Below the pieces are notes generated by a model. That model saw only the letters and a list, made by a program, of their open reading frames with translations, did not search any database and had not been told where the DNA came from. From contig CAIMNJ010000013.1 in assembly GCA_903842795.1 (NCBI GenBank), positions 69,302 through 133,301 on the forward strand: a stretch of 64,000 nucleotides of DNA, written 5' to 3'. Both the position numbers and the translations under genes were made by a program. The DNA comes from an uncultured bacterium (GTDB lineage Bacteria > Patescibacteriota > Microgenomatia > UBA1400 > PJMF01). This document shows, in pieces, positions 20,838-31,085 of this stretch (position 1 is its first letter; each line of letters opens with the position of its first letter).

Positions 20838-23399
20838 ATGCTAACTACTGCTACTAAGAAAAAAATTGATAATGCCAGAGATATTTTGGTTGGAAAAATT
20901 CCTATGCCTACTGCTCAAGTAGAGCAGATTACTTTAGCTTTGATCTATAAATTCATGTCTGACATGGACAAAAAGGCCAAAGATTTGGGAGACGCTGATG
21001 GCTTTTTTGCCAATGGTTATGAGAAATATGCTTGGGAAAAATTGATGGATAAAGCCCTACCCGCTCGTGATCGAGTTTTGCTTTACCGTGAAGCTCTGGA
21101 AAAAATGGCTCTTAACCCTTACATTCCTCAACTATTTTGCGATGTTTTTCGCAATGCTTCATTGCCTTTTAATGATCCTGAAACCCTCAAGCTGTTTCTA
21201 GATGTCATTGATCAATTTGAATATGACCATAGCGAAGAGCTTGGCAACGCTTTTGAATATTTATTACAGGTGATGGGTAGCCAGGGTGATGCAGGCCAAT
21301 TCCGAACACCACGTCATATCATTGATTTTATTGTTCAAGTCGTTGAGCCACAAAAAACTGATAAAATTCTTGATCCTGCTTGTGGAACTGCTGGTTTCTT
21401 AATTTCGGCTTACAAATATCTAAAAGAAAAAGGTTTATCTAGTGATGAAATGAACCAAATTTCTGAAAACTTTGTTGGCTATGATATTTCTCAGGACATG
21501 CAACGCTTATCATTGGTAAACATGTATTTACATCATTTACCCAACCCCCATATCTATGAATATGACTCGTTAACTAGCGAAGATAGGTGGAATGAAAATT
21601 TTGATGTTATTTTAGCTAATCCACCATTTATGTCACCAAAAGGCGGCATCAAACCACATAATCATTTTTCTGTGCCATCAAAACGTGCTGAAGTGCTTTT
21701 TGTCGATTATATTATGGAGCACTTAAATGGTAAAGGAAAAGCAGGAGTGATTGTGCCGGAAGGCATTATTTTTCAAAGCCAAAATACATACAAAGCTTTG
21801 CGCAAAATGATGATTGAAGAAAATTTTTTGTGGGCTGTGGTATCTTTACCGGCTGGAGTTTTTCAACCATATTCTGGTGTAAAGACAAGCATTCTTTTGT
21901 TTGACAGAGAAATTGCTAAGAAAACTGACAAAATCTTATTTGTGAAAGTAAATAGCGATGGTTTTGATCTTGGTGCTCAGAGACGAGAATCAGATAAAAA
22001 TGATTTGCCAGTTGCTCGAAACTTACTTTTGAAGTTTAAACAAGCAATTCTAAGTGGAAAAGAGCTCAGCTTAGATGATGCTCTTGAGATGAGCGGTGGC
22101 CCCAGTGACAAAGACATGGTGCATAGCTATGGCTTTGATCTGAATGCCAATAGCAATATTAAGTTAGATCAAATTGTCAGTAAAGCCTACGATGAAGTGA
22201 CCAAAGACAGCATTAAAGAATCAAATTATGATTTGAGCGTGGATAAGTATAAGGTAAGTGCTGTTGGTAATAGCGAGAAATGGGCAACGGTCACATTAGG
22301 CGAAATCTGTACTTTATTGCAAAGAGGAAAATCACCAAAATATGGTGAAAGTAACTTTCAAATAATCAAGTCAGGTCAAGCGAGAGGGTATTTCACATTT
22401 GATTTCAGCACGAAATACTTTGTGGATGAAAATTTTAAGATTGACCATAGAAAACTTGAAAAAGGAGATCTTCTAGTAAATTCCACTGGCGTGGGTACAG
22501 CTGGAAGAGTTACTTTATTTGATTTAAACGGTGATTATCTTGCAGACGGACACATAACAATTGTCAGACTTAATAAAAAAATTGCTAATTCAAAATTTGT
22601 TCTTTATGTTTTGGCGAACTATTATGGTTTCAAAACAATAGAAAAGATGGCAACTGGCAGCGGTGGACAAATCGAACTCTCGTTAGACACAATTCGATCC
22701 TTAAAAATTCCATTACCTCCAATCTCGATTCAAGAAGAAATTATTGAAGAAATCGACCAATTCAAAAAAATCATCGATGGGGCAAAACAAATTTTAAATA
22801 GTTGGAAGCCAATAATAAAAGTTGATTCAAAGTGGGAGGAAGTAAGACTAGGGGATATATGTGATGTTAGAGATGGAACACATGAAAGTCCAAAGAAAAT
22901 TTTAATTGGGTATCCTCTAATTACTTCAAAGAATATTAAATCTGGAAAGATAGATTTTTCTAATGTTAGTTATATATCTAATGAAGATTTTAATAAAATA
23001 TCTAAGCGTTCTCATGTTGATATTGGTGACATCATCATGCCAATGATAGGAACAATTGGAGGAGCATGCTTAATTAGATCTAAGGAAAAGGAATTTGCAA
23101 TTAAAAATGTTGCTCTTTTTAAAAAATCAGAAAAAATTATTCCTGAATTTTTATTAAATACATTAAACTCTGATGTTTTTAGAAAAATGTTTGAAAATAA
23201 ATCATCCGGTTCTACTCAAAAATTTGTATCACTCTCAGTTTTAAGAGATCTTAAAATTAAAACTCCATCTTTAGAAGTACAAAAAGAAATTGTTGGTAAT
23301 ATTCAAATGGAACTATTAATTATAGAGGGTGTTAAAGAATTAATTAATAATTATCAACAAAGGAGCAAGAAGAAAATTGAAGAAGTTTGGAAAAAATAG
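20838..23399 (+). CDS. Fused type I methyltransferase-specificity protein (HsdM-HsdS)
   Basis: GQFRTP, DPACGTAGF, NPPF, then two TRD-like repeats each ending in a PP/PS...Q.EI motif. Confidence 0.88.
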   Translation: MLTTATKKKIDNARDILVGKIPMPTAQVEQITLALIYKFMSDMDKKAKDLGDADGFFANGYEKYAWEKLMDKALPARDRVLLYREALEKMALNPYIPQLFCDVFRNASLPFNDPETLKLFLDVIDQFEYDHSEELGNAFEYLLQVMGSQGDAGQFRTPRHIIDFIVQVVEPQKTDKILDPACGTAGFLISAYKYLKEKGLSSDEMNQISENFVGYDISQDMQRLSLVNMYLHHLPNPHIYEYDSLTSEDRWNENFDVILANPPFMSPKGGIKPHNHFSVPSKRAEVLFVDYIMEHLNGKGKAGVIVPEGIIFQSQNTYKALRKMMIEENFLWAVVSLPAGVFQPYSGVKTSILLFDREIAKKTDKILFVKVNSDGFDLGAQRRESDKNDLPVARNLLLKFKQAILSGKELSLDDALEMSGGPSDKDMVHSYGFDLNANSNIKLDQIVSKAYDEVTKDSIKESNYDLSVDKYKVSAVGNSEKWATVTLGEICTLLQRGKSPKYGESNFQIIKSGQARGYFTFDFSTKYFVDENFKIDHRKLEKGDLLVNSTGVGTAGRVTLFDLNGDYLADGHITIVRLNKKIANSKFVLYVLANYYGFKTIEKMATGSGGQIELSLDTIRSLKIPLPPISIQEEIIEEIDQFKKIIDGAKQILNSWKPIIKVDSKWEEVRLGDICDVRDGTHESPKKILIGYPLITSKNIKSGKIDFSNVSYISNEDFNKISKRSHVDIGDIIMPMIGTIGGACLIRSKEKEFAIKNVALFKKSEKIIPEFLLNTLNSDVFRKMFENKSSGSTQKFVSLSVLRDLKIKTPSLEVQKEIVGNIQMELLIIEGVKELINNYQQRSKKKIEEVWKK

Positions 23400-23415
23400 T
23401 AAATGAAATGTTTGA

Positions 23416-23682
23416 ATGAAAATAATGAAATTAGATAAAGATCTGAGGGAACTGATTAAAGGAGTAACTAGTCCATATGTTTCTCAGAGAGATCCATCAT
23501 TTGGTTCTGCACAGATCACTAACATCCAGTCTATTAGAAATTTAGAAAAGACTATTAAAAAATTAGACAAACAAAATTCAGTTTTGAGTGTAAGAATGTA
23601 TTTCCTAGCAGTAATAAGTGGATTATTGGTATTTATTCAATTAGTTGAATATGCGATAAAGATATTCAACTTTTTTAAATAA
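23416..23682 (+). CDS. Small hypothetical protein with C-terminal TM
   Basis: 88 aa ORF directly after the M-S gene. Confidence 0.5.
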   Translation: MKIMKLDKDLRELIKGVTSPYVSQRDPSFGSAQITNIQSIRNLEKTIKKLDKQNSVLSVRMYFLAVISGLLVFIQLVEYAIKIFNFFK

Positions 23683-25084
23683 TTTTTTTCCAAATCTCCA
23701 CCATTGCCAAGGTATCTCTTTCACAATATTTAAGCAGTGCTTCTTTAATATCACTTCTCACATTCTCTGACATGCTTTTTCCAGCATTGATCATGTCCCA
23801 CCAAGTAATCATTGCCAGATCACCCTTACCAATCGCCAAATCTTTATAACTTAAATTCGGCACCAAAACAGGCAAAACCTTTTTAATTGACCAACTACCA
23901 CTGAAAGCCGGATCAATGTAATAACCTTTTCTTACTATTTCTGCCAAATCATAAATGCGTTCATTTACATCTAATAAAAAGTCACTAAATTCAGGATACA
24001 TTTTTGCTAGTTCAGCATTCCTGCTAGTTTCAAAAGTTTTGTTCCACACAATTACACTGCCATGATCTCCAATGTCACTTCGTAATTTCTTAACTAGTTC
24101 TATAGCTGGATCTCCAGTTCTATCTGCCAAATACTCACTGTGAGTCATTTCACCTTTTTCATTTACCATATGGAGAGAATATTGAAAAACCATTTGTTGC
24201 TGAGGATGATAACCTGGATATAAAGGTAAAGCTAAATTGCAGGTCTCATAATCTAAGAAATATAAAGGATAAGTTAATTTTCCCAGTGATTCTTTAACTG
24301 CTTCCAAATCAATAATAGCTTTGTTTTCTTTAACAGCTCTGACATGATTTTCTTGCAAAGGACTCAGTTTAAAATCCTCCGGAATATCTGAAATTTTAAT
24401 AATGCCATCTTCTATTAAAGAATTAGCTTTCTTTTGACTTAAATTTGGCAAAGTGTAGATTGAATGCTCTGGTAAATTAGGATGACATAGATTTGGACAA
24501 GGACATTTGTCTGGAGTGTAACAATGGGCAACTTTACTTGGATCATCCTGACTAATATCTGCCAATGCTTTTTCTCTTAGTTCCCTTACTTCATCTGCTA
24601 TTGATCTACATCTGTCAGTAATGTCTTCTATGGCAAACATTTGATCAAAAACATAATGACCATCGTAAATATAGTTGGCATTTAAATGTAATAGATAGAC
24701 GTGTCCAACAGGCTTTTCTTTTTCAACAATCAACATTTGAAAAGTCGCATCGTAGATATGTTCTTTTTTAACTTCAGTTGAGCTTTTGATTTCATAGATA
24801 TCTGTTTTACCTGTAGCAGCAATTTCTATTGTTTCATCAGCTATAGCTTCAAAATTGCCATCAACAAAGACTGGTTGGTGGCTGCCAGTATCGCCAACTT
24901 TGGCAGTAGATATGAAAATTTCTGTGAAATATTGACTAGCTAATTTCTCTGCTTTTTGACCTTGCAACATAATAAATTGGTCAAAATCAGAAGGAGCTGT
25001 TCTCTCAAGTAAATTGTGCTTTTTAGCCCACAAATGTCTTGGTGCTTCTTGGTAGAGGAGAAAGTCTGATTTGGTAAGTTGCAT
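23675..25084 (-). CDS. DUF2779-domain protein (PD-(D/E)xK-like N-terminus, RNase H-like C-terminus)
   Basis: LTKSDF, YEIKSST, YPLYFLDYET, FQYSLH, SWSIKKVLP, YCERDT. Confidence 0.8.
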   Translation of the reverse strand: MQLTKSDFLLYQEAPRHLWAKKHNLLERTAPSDFDQFIMLQGQKAEKLASQYFTEIFISTAKVGDTGSHQPVFVDGNFEAIADETIEIAATGKTDIYEIKSSTEVKKEHIYDATFQMLIVEKEKPVGHVYLLHLNANYIYDGHYVFDQMFAIEDITDRCRSIADEVRELREKALADISQDDPSKVAHCYTPDKCPCPNLCHPNLPEHSIYTLPNLSQKKANSLIEDGIIKISDIPEDFKLSPLQENHVRAVKENKAIIDLEAVKESLGKLTYPLYFLDYETCNLALPLYPGYHPQQQMVFQYSLHMVNEKGEMTHSEYLADRTGDPAIELVKKLRSDIGDHGSVIVWNKTFETSRNAELAKMYPEFSDFLLDVNERIYDLAEIVRKGYYIDPAFSGSWSIKKVLPVLVPNLSYKDLAIGKGDLAMITWWDMINAGKSMSENVRSDIKEALLKYCERDTLAMVEIWKKII

Positions 25085-25148
25085 AGCTAAATTGTACAAT
25101 CAAAATAGGTACAAAGATAGCAAAAACTATCTGCTATAGTAGAGATAT

Positions 25149-26096
25149 ATGTCATTCTTTAACCAAGATCTCGACTCACTCCTCAAAGAAGTAATTCTTT
25201 TGCTTCAAACTTCAGATTACGCCAGTTCTTCACTCATTCAAAGACGCTTTTCTATTGGTTATGCTCGTGCTGCCAGAATAATAGATCAACTGTATGAATT
25301 AGGTTTTGTTGGTGCTCCCGATGGATCTAAACCAAGAGAAATATTGATTAAAGATATACCAGAAAATTTTGATTTAGAAAAGTATCTCCAAGATATGGTG
25401 CTACTTAAAAGTACTCCCACAAGTGAATGGAAAAGAGTCAAAGAAGCTATGGATGGCCATATTCTTAAGCTAGGTAAGAACCAAAAGAAAAAATTAGTCA
25501 CTCTAGATTTAGAAAAGTATGGCAACTTAATTTTAGTTGGTTCTGAGCTTACTAATATTTCTAAACTAACAAACAAAATTCTCAGTCAATTAGTTGAAGA
25601 AAAATCTCCTGAAGAACTAAAGTTTATCGTGGCCGATCCTTCATCAAATCAACTTGAAATTAAAGATGGCGACCCACATCTATTAACACCAGTGATAGAT
25701 AATCCAGGAAAATTAGTGCCAGCTCTTGCTTGGTTGTCTATGGAAGTTGATAAGAGAAGAAAAGCAGAGAGCTCAGAATTTAATTTGCCAATTCTACTAT
25801 TTATTAATAATTTTAATGAATTTAATTATTACGCTGCTGCGGAGATTCAAGATCGTATGTCTAGAATTCTCAAATTAGGTAGAAATGTAAAAGTTTACTG
25901 TATTATCTCTTTTGACTATCTAGATCCAAACATTAAAAAAGATCTCTTTGTTAGTGTTGGTGCTAAAATTGTTTTTAAGCCTACCACCGAGCACATGGCT
26001 CGTAACAACGGCATTCCAGAATCAATTGAACTCACTAGTCCAGATGAAGCTATTCTAGAGACAATGTATGAGGGGAGAGAAACTTTTTCCATCTAA
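25149..26096 (+). CDS. Protein with N-terminal FtsK gamma domain and degenerate FtsK/SpoIIIE-like domain
   Basis: ASSSLIQRRFSIGYARAARIIDQL...GSKPREIL; SPEELKF..DP; PHLLTPVI. Confidence 0.75.
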   Translation: MSFFNQDLDSLLKEVILLLQTSDYASSSLIQRRFSIGYARAARIIDQLYELGFVGAPDGSKPREILIKDIPENFDLEKYLQDMVLLKSTPTSEWKRVKEAMDGHILKLGKNQKKKLVTLDLEKYGNLILVGSELTNISKLTNKILSQLVEEKSPEELKFIVADPSSNQLEIKDGDPHLLTPVIDNPGKLVPALAWLSMEVDKRRKAESSEFNLPILLFINNFNEFNYYAAAEIQDRMSRILKLGRNVKVYCIISFDYLDPNIKKDLFVSVGAKIVFKPTTEHMARNNGIPESIELTSPDEAILETMYEGRETFSI

Positions 26097-26113
26097 TTTA
26101 AAAACTTAATTTT

Positions 26114-26710
26114 ATGTACAGCATTAATGAATATAATAATTTAGTTTCAAAATATGGCTCTTTTGCTAGTTGGGCAATTTGGAATTATGAGGATTCAAAA
26201 GACACCTCTATTATTGATAAAAATTTAGATCAACTGCATTCGAGATACGTTCTTCTTGGATTAAACATGTCTCGTTTATTAAATAGACCAGCTTGGTTTA
26301 ATTTTCATGACAACACTCATTCACGTAAAGTAAGATATGCCTGTAATGATAATGAATTGCGTGGCTCTTATATGACAGATCTTTTTAAAGACATGATCGA
26401 TCCAAGCTCTTCAAATTTTGAAAAGAATGTTACAAAAAAGGATATCGATGCGAATATAAAATTATTTAATCAAGAAATGGTAGACGTTAAAATAAATGAA
26501 GACACAAAATTTATTATTTTTGGTCAATCAACTTTTAGATTTTTTAATCAATATTTTAAACAAGATTATGGAAATGAAGTGATTTCTATTCCTCACTATT
26601 CTAGTAGAGGTACAGACAAAGAATGGGTAGAGGGTTTTTGGAAGAAGCTGAACATTAATTTAAATTTTGAATCTATTGTTAATAAATATATCAAAATAGA
26701 TCATTTATAA
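26114..26710 (+). CDS. Hypothetical protein
   Basis: 198 aa AT-rich ORF; family not recognised with confidence. Confidence 0.6.
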   Translation: MYSINEYNNLVSKYGSFASWAIWNYEDSKDTSIIDKNLDQLHSRYVLLGLNMSRLLNRPAWFNFHDNTHSRKVRYACNDNELRGSYMTDLFKDMIDPSSSNFEKNVTKKDIDANIKLFNQEMVDVKINEDTKFIIFGQSTFRFFNQYFKQDYGNEVISIPHYSSRGTDKEWVEGFWKKLNINLNFESIVNKYIKIDHL

Positions 26711-26766
26711 AACAAGACACTCCTTTTACACTGTCTCATTTGTCTCATTTTTAGTACAATAATCTC

Positions 26767-26825
26767 TGGTGGAGCAGCAGTGCTATAACGACGTATGGTT
26801 CCAGACCCACATGCTCCGCAAACCA
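26767..26825 (+). ncRNA. Possible small tRNA-like RNA or degenerate tRNA/att remnant
   Basis: GTGGAGCA/TGCTCCGC stem, GGTTCCAGACCC T-loop-like segment, TACAAT just upstream. Confidence 0.3.
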
Positions 26826-26862
26826 ACAAATTTTTAGTTCACAGAGTTATACTACCTAGAAC

Positions 26863-27309
26863 ATGCGCATTTGGAGCATTCATCCCAGTCATTTAGACAC
26901 CAAAGGTTTGGTTGCCGTTTGGCGCGAAGGCCTGCTGGCTCACCATGTTCTTTCTGGAAAGACCAAGGGCTACATCAACCATCCTCAACTAATCAGATTT
27001 CGGCAGCATGCTTCTCCAATTGAGGCGATTACCAGCTATTTACACAGCATTGTTGATGAAGCAGAAAAAAGAGACTTCAAGTTTGATCGCCAAAAACTGC
27101 AAGCTCTCAAAAAAGTAGAAAAAATTGCACTTACTCGCGGCCAATTAGAGTACGAAACAAAACACTTAAAAGAAAAGCTACAAACCAGAGATCCTCAAAA
27201 ATTCATCTTGTTAGAGAGCCAATCCTTGTTTCCTGCTCACCCTCTTTTTGAATTGATCGAAGGCCCAATTGCCAGCTGGGAAAAAATTAAAATTAAGCAA
27301 GAAAAATAA
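26863..27309 (+). CDS. Pyrimidine-dimer DNA glycosylase / T4 endonuclease V-like protein
   Basis: MRIWSIHP..LD.KGLVAVWREGLLA..VL.GKTKGY.NHPQL.RF. Confidence 0.85.
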   Translation: MRIWSIHPSHLDTKGLVAVWREGLLAHHVLSGKTKGYINHPQLIRFRQHASPIEAITSYLHSIVDEAEKRDFKFDRQKLQALKKVEKIALTRGQLEYETKHLKEKLQTRDPQKFILLESQSLFPAHPLFELIEGPIASWEKIKIKQEK

Positions 27310-27330
27310 CTTTCATGCTAGAATTAAATT

Positions 27331-27723
27331 ATGCTCAAACAATTTGTTGTTGCTTTCATTACATTTCTCGCCATTGACGGCCTTTGGCTCACTATTGTCG
27401 CCAAAGATTTTTATGCCAAACATCTTGGTTTCATCATGACCAAAACTCCCAATCTCGCCGCAGCCTTAATCTTCTATTTGATCTATATTTTTACCATGGT
27501 TGTGTTGATTATTTCTCCGGCTTTGCAAAAAGGCTCGCTCATGGCGGCAATTTTGACTGGCGCTCTTTTTGGTCTTTGTGCTTATGCCACTTATGATCTG
27601 ACCAATCTCGCTACCCTCAGAGACTGGCCTCTCTTAGTCACCATAGTTGATCTAATTTGGGGTACATTCCTCTCTGGAGCAGTGGCAGGCATCAGTTACT
27701 TAATCTTAACTAAAATATTATGA
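27331..27723 (+). CDS. DUF2177 family membrane protein
   Basis: YATYDLTNLATLRDWP...VDLIWG. Confidence 0.85.
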   Translation: MLKQFVVAFITFLAIDGLWLTIVAKDFYAKHLGFIMTKTPNLAAALIFYLIYIFTMVVLIISPALQKGSLMAAILTGALFGLCAYATYDLTNLATLRDWPLLVTIVDLIWGTFLSGAVAGISYLILTKIL

Positions 27724-28439
27724 TGACAAGCGCTTTTATCATTTGGTTTTACATGACAGTTTGGTATTTTATTGCTTTGTTGAAAAAAAGAAACGATCTT
27801 GCTGACACTGCTTGGGGCTTAGGTTTTATTTTGGTCGCGTTTTCCAGTTTTATTTTAGAGCCAAATCAAAAATTATTAATTTCCTTACTTTTAATATCTA
27901 TTTGGGGTTTTCGTTTGGCTATTCACATCTACAATCGCAATAAAAATAAAAAAGAAGACCCTCGCTATGAGCAATTCAAAAACAGTCCTTACCTAAAAGT
28001 CTTCATGACTCAGGGTTTTTTGATGTGGCTGATTTGTTGGCCAATCATTAATTCTTCAGGAGATTCGAGCTGGTTTAATTTGCTTGGCATTTTAATTTGG
28101 GTCTTTGGCTTTTATTTTGAATCACGAGCTGACAGAGAATTGAAGAATTTCATTAGCAACAAAGCCAATAAGGGCAAAATCATGCAAGCTGGTTTGTGGT
28201 CTCTTAGCCGTCACCCCAATTATTTCGGTGAAGTGACCATGTGGTGGGGGATTTGGTTGCTAAATATGAATTCAAATTGGTGGACACTTGTTGGTCCTTT
28301 GACCATTACCTTCTTGATCTTAAAAGTTTCCGGCGTACCCATGCTTGAAAAAAGATACGAAGGTAATCAAGAATTTGAAGAATATAAGAAAAGAGTCTCA
28401 GTTTTTATTCCGTGGTGGCCAAAAAAGCCAAAGAAATAA
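27720..28439 (+). CDS. DUF1295 / steroid 5-alpha reductase-like membrane protein
   Basis: EDPRY, GLWSLSRHPNYFGE, SGVPMLE. Confidence 0.88.
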   Translation: MMTSAFIIWFYMTVWYFIALLKKRNDLADTAWGLGFILVAFSSFILEPNQKLLISLLLISIWGFRLAIHIYNRNKNKKEDPRYEQFKNSPYLKVFMTQGFLMWLICWPIINSSGDSSWFNLLGILIWVFGFYFESRADRELKNFISNKANKGKIMQAGLWSLSRHPNYFGEVTMWWGIWLLNMNSNWWTLVGPLTITFLILKVSGVPMLEKRYEGNQEFEEYKKRVSVFIPWWPKKPKK

Positions 28440-28460
28440 GTTAAACTATATTATCCTTTT

Positions 28461-29099
28461 ATGAACTTACCTGATTTTTGTCATAAGTATAATATTTCTT
28501 TAGACGACCGCACACATGCAGTGTCTTCTTATGCTCTTAAGAAAATGAGTCATTCTAAGAATCAACATCATGACGTTGAACATGTTTACAGAATGTTTGA
28601 TGATCTGAGTCACCTCTTGGATATTAATCCAAAGTTATTAAAGAAAATTAATTTTCAAGTTCTATTACCTGCCATTTGTTGGCATGACGTTTGGATTTCA
28701 AGACGCCAAACTAATGGTTTTTTAGAACTACTTTGGCATCAATTCTTAGAGGGTCGTGGTTCTGCCAACCTTTTTAGTCTTTATGCAAAAGAGATTATTC
28801 CACCAAGTTTAGTTGATCAGATTGCCTACTGCATCAGAAAACATTCCAGCATTCAATTTCTACCAACCTTTAATCTAGAAGCCAAAATCTTAGCTGATTT
28901 AGATAAGCTTGAGATGTGGAATATTTGTCGATTCTTAGATAAAGATAAAACTATGGTTTCTAAGAAATCACTCTATTCTAAATATTTAGTTAGAGCCTAT
29001 TACAAGTATTCTTGGTATGCGGGATTATCTTTTAATGAACTCAATCCCAGATTTAGTGTTTTGAAAAAGAATTATTTGTCTAAGTTAATAGATGATTAA
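28461..29099 (+). CDS. HD-domain protein
   Basis: HHDVEHV.R, CWHD, H, LADLDKL. Confidence 0.75.
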   Translation: MNLPDFCHKYNISLDDRTHAVSSYALKKMSHSKNQHHDVEHVYRMFDDLSHLLDINPKLLKKINFQVLLPAICWHDVWISRRQTNGFLELLWHQFLEGRGSANLFSLYAKEIIPPSLVDQIAYCIRKHSSIQFLPTFNLEAKILADLDKLEMWNICRFLDKDKTMVSKKSLYSKYLVRAYYKYSWYAGLSFNELNPRFSVLKKNYLSKLIDD

Positions 29100-29473
29100 C
29101 TTGCAGTTTGTGCTTCGCTAAGCACTGCCTCGATCTTGTCTCTTGTTGTCTGATTTTTGACTTTGTCCAAAATGTTGTTGATGTATTCACCCAAAAGTTC
29201 TTCTGCCACTTCCTGAGCCATTTCATGCATCTCTTCTTTTGAAATGCGCCCCTTAAAATATTTGACCAGTACTTCCATAGCGGCTGGTCCCTTGAGCTCG
29301 CCCATTTCCTTGGTGATTTCTTCTTTTTCACTATCAGTCAAATCAGTGAAGAGAGAAGTAGTCAGTTCGATTTGCGCCATTTCATCCATGTCGTCACAAA
29401 CTATTTTGATATTTTCTTCTGAAAAATTTAGAACTCTTAAGATTTTTTGTAGGATCATCCAGGCAGGATTCAT
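29096..29473 (-). CDS. Hypothetical acidic helical protein
   Basis: 125 aa ORF, co-oriented with the upstream gene. Confidence 0.6.
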   Translation of the reverse strand: MNPAWMILQKILRVLNFSEENIKIVCDDMDEMAQIELTTSLFTDLTDSEKEEITKEMGELKGPAAMEVLVKYFKGRISKEEMHEMAQEVAEELLGEYINNILDKVKNQTTRDKIEAVLSEAQTAS

Positions 29474-29489
29474 AGGTGTGTTCCGTATA

Positions 29490-29990
29490 TTAATCTAGTA
29501 AGCCTCCACGTCTTCTTCTTTTTCTTCTTCTAGTTGCCATGGAGTCGTCATCATCTCTTAGAGTTCCAGTATATCCTTCCACTTTGCCGCCATTGGCTCT
29601 GTAGATCAATTGACCAGTGATAATCAAACCCATGCCAAGTCCAGCGATACCAAATGGCAAGACCAATCTCAAAGGATTGAAATCGCCACTGAAAAAAGTA
29701 GCCATATTGTAGAAATGCAAACCAAATTGACCAAGGAACATGGTTAGGCCAATATTAGAAATGATTTTGCCCCATTTCTTGGCTTTTTCATTGACGAATT
29801 CCTTATGATCTTCCATGGTAAATTCTGGAGGAACTTCAACTTCTTTTTTATCAACGACCTGACCATCTTTAGAAGTTACCAAATTTACTTTTTCTACTGT
29901 CAATATTGATCCGCAATTTGGACATTTACCTGGTCCTGGTACAGGAGCACCGCAATTAGGACAATGAGAAGAATTAAGTTCTGCTGACAT
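29490..29990 (-). CDS. Zinc-ribbon membrane protein
   Basis: CPNCG...CPNCG, two TM helices, basic tail; TATAAT 6 nt before ATG. Confidence 0.7.
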   Translation of the reverse strand: MSAELNSSHCPNCGAPVPGPGKCPNCGSILTVEKVNLVTSKDGQVVDKKEVEVPPEFTMEDHKEFVNEKAKKWGKIISNIGLTMFLGQFGLHFYNMATFFSGDFNPLRLVLPFGIAGLGMGLIITGQLIYRANGGKVEGYTGTLRDDDDSMATRRRKRRRRGGLLD

Positions 29991-30024
29991 GGTTTAATTA
30001 TAGCATCCTGTATAATCAATTTTT

Positions 30025-30621
30025 ATGATTAAACTCATCTACTTCGACTTCGGCGCCGTTCTCGTTAATTACACTAATGCTTTCAGAAAAATCTGTACCG
30101 ATTTCTCTCTCAATTTCCAAGATTTTTGGCAATTTTACAATCAGTATGATCCTATGCTCGCTACTGGCACCATGACCACTGATGAGTTTTGGCAAATTTG
30201 CATCGAGCATTACCATTTGCAGGTTCCTACTGGTTATGAGTTAGCGCGCTGGTGGGTTTCAGACTATGTCATCATTAAACCAATTCAAGATCTAATTTAT
30301 TCACTAGAGGGCAAAATTGATATTGGCATTATTTCCAATATTTCTCACGGCCCATGGCAGGCAGCTTTGGAGCGTGGCAAAGTCCCAAATATTAAATACA
30401 AAAAAGTTTACCTGTCCTATGAAGAAAAACTAGCCAAGCCACATCGTGCCATCTACGAAAAAGTCCAAAAAGAATCAGGTGCCAGGCCAGAGGAAATTTT
30501 ATTTGTCGATGACAAAGCCGAAAATTTAGTTGTACCAAAGGAATTGGGTTGGAAAGTCGTGCTTTTTGATGAACGCAAGGCAGAGGAAGGTGTGGCAGAA
30601 ATTAAGAGATTGCTTTTGTAG
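30025..30621 (+). CDS. HAD-family phosphatase (YihX-like)
   Basis: FDFGAVL, SN, KP, FVDD. Confidence 0.85.
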   Translation: MIKLIYFDFGAVLVNYTNAFRKICTDFSLNFQDFWQFYNQYDPMLATGTMTTDEFWQICIEHYHLQVPTGYELARWWVSDYVIIKPIQDLIYSLEGKIDIGIISNISHGPWQAALERGKVPNIKYKKVYLSYEEKLAKPHRAIYEKVQKESGARPEEILFVDDKAENLVVPKELGWKVVLFDERKAEEGVAEIKRLLL

Positions 30622-30633
30622 TATATTTAAATC

Positions 30634-31083
30634 ATGCCAATTACTTTTAATTCTTTTACTCCTGCCGCCATTCCAGCCGTCACTGAACTTATGCTCGCGC
30701 TCTATGCCGAAGATCCCTCAGGCAAACCCATTTCTTTAGAGAAAATTCAGGCGACTTTTGCCCACTTACAAGCTCATCCTGATCAGGGTGAAATTTTAGT
30801 GATCAAAGACGAAGAACAAATTGTTGGCTACACCATTTTGATTAATTTTTGGAGTAACGAATTTGGCGGCAATATCCTGACCATTGATGAACTTTATGTG
30901 GTTCCAGCCAAGCGCAATCAAGGTATTGCTACGTATTTTTTGGAGCACTTGATTCAGACCAAACCTCATCAGGCAGTAGCTCTTCAACTCGAAACCACGC
31001 CAGAGAATTACAGAGCTAAGGCTCTTTACAAGCGTCTAGGTTTTACACCTCATCAAAATGAAGTTTTGGTCAGGGATTTATAA
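30634..31083 (+). CDS. GNAT acetyltransferase
   Basis: IDELYV.P..RNQGIA, N.RA.ALYKRLGF. Confidence 0.9.
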   Translation: MPITFNSFTPAAIPAVTELMLALYAEDPSGKPISLEKIQATFAHLQAHPDQGEILVIKDEEQIVGYTILINFWSNEFGGNILTIDELYVVPAKRNQGIATYFLEHLIQTKPHQAVALQLETTPENYRAKALYKRLGFTPHQNEVLVRDL

Positions 31084-31085
31084 AT

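Larger units (their letters stand above)
12537..26760. mobile_element. Putative integrated element next to tRNA-Ser (serine recombinase, terminase-like module, type I R-M); right boundary uncertain
   Basis: Recombinase adjacent to the tRNA 3' end, phage-like and defence genes, AT-rich cargo. Confidence 0.6.

Noticed and set aside
12537-26760. Complete prophage
   Set aside because: No portal, capsid, tail, lysis or replication genes recognised.
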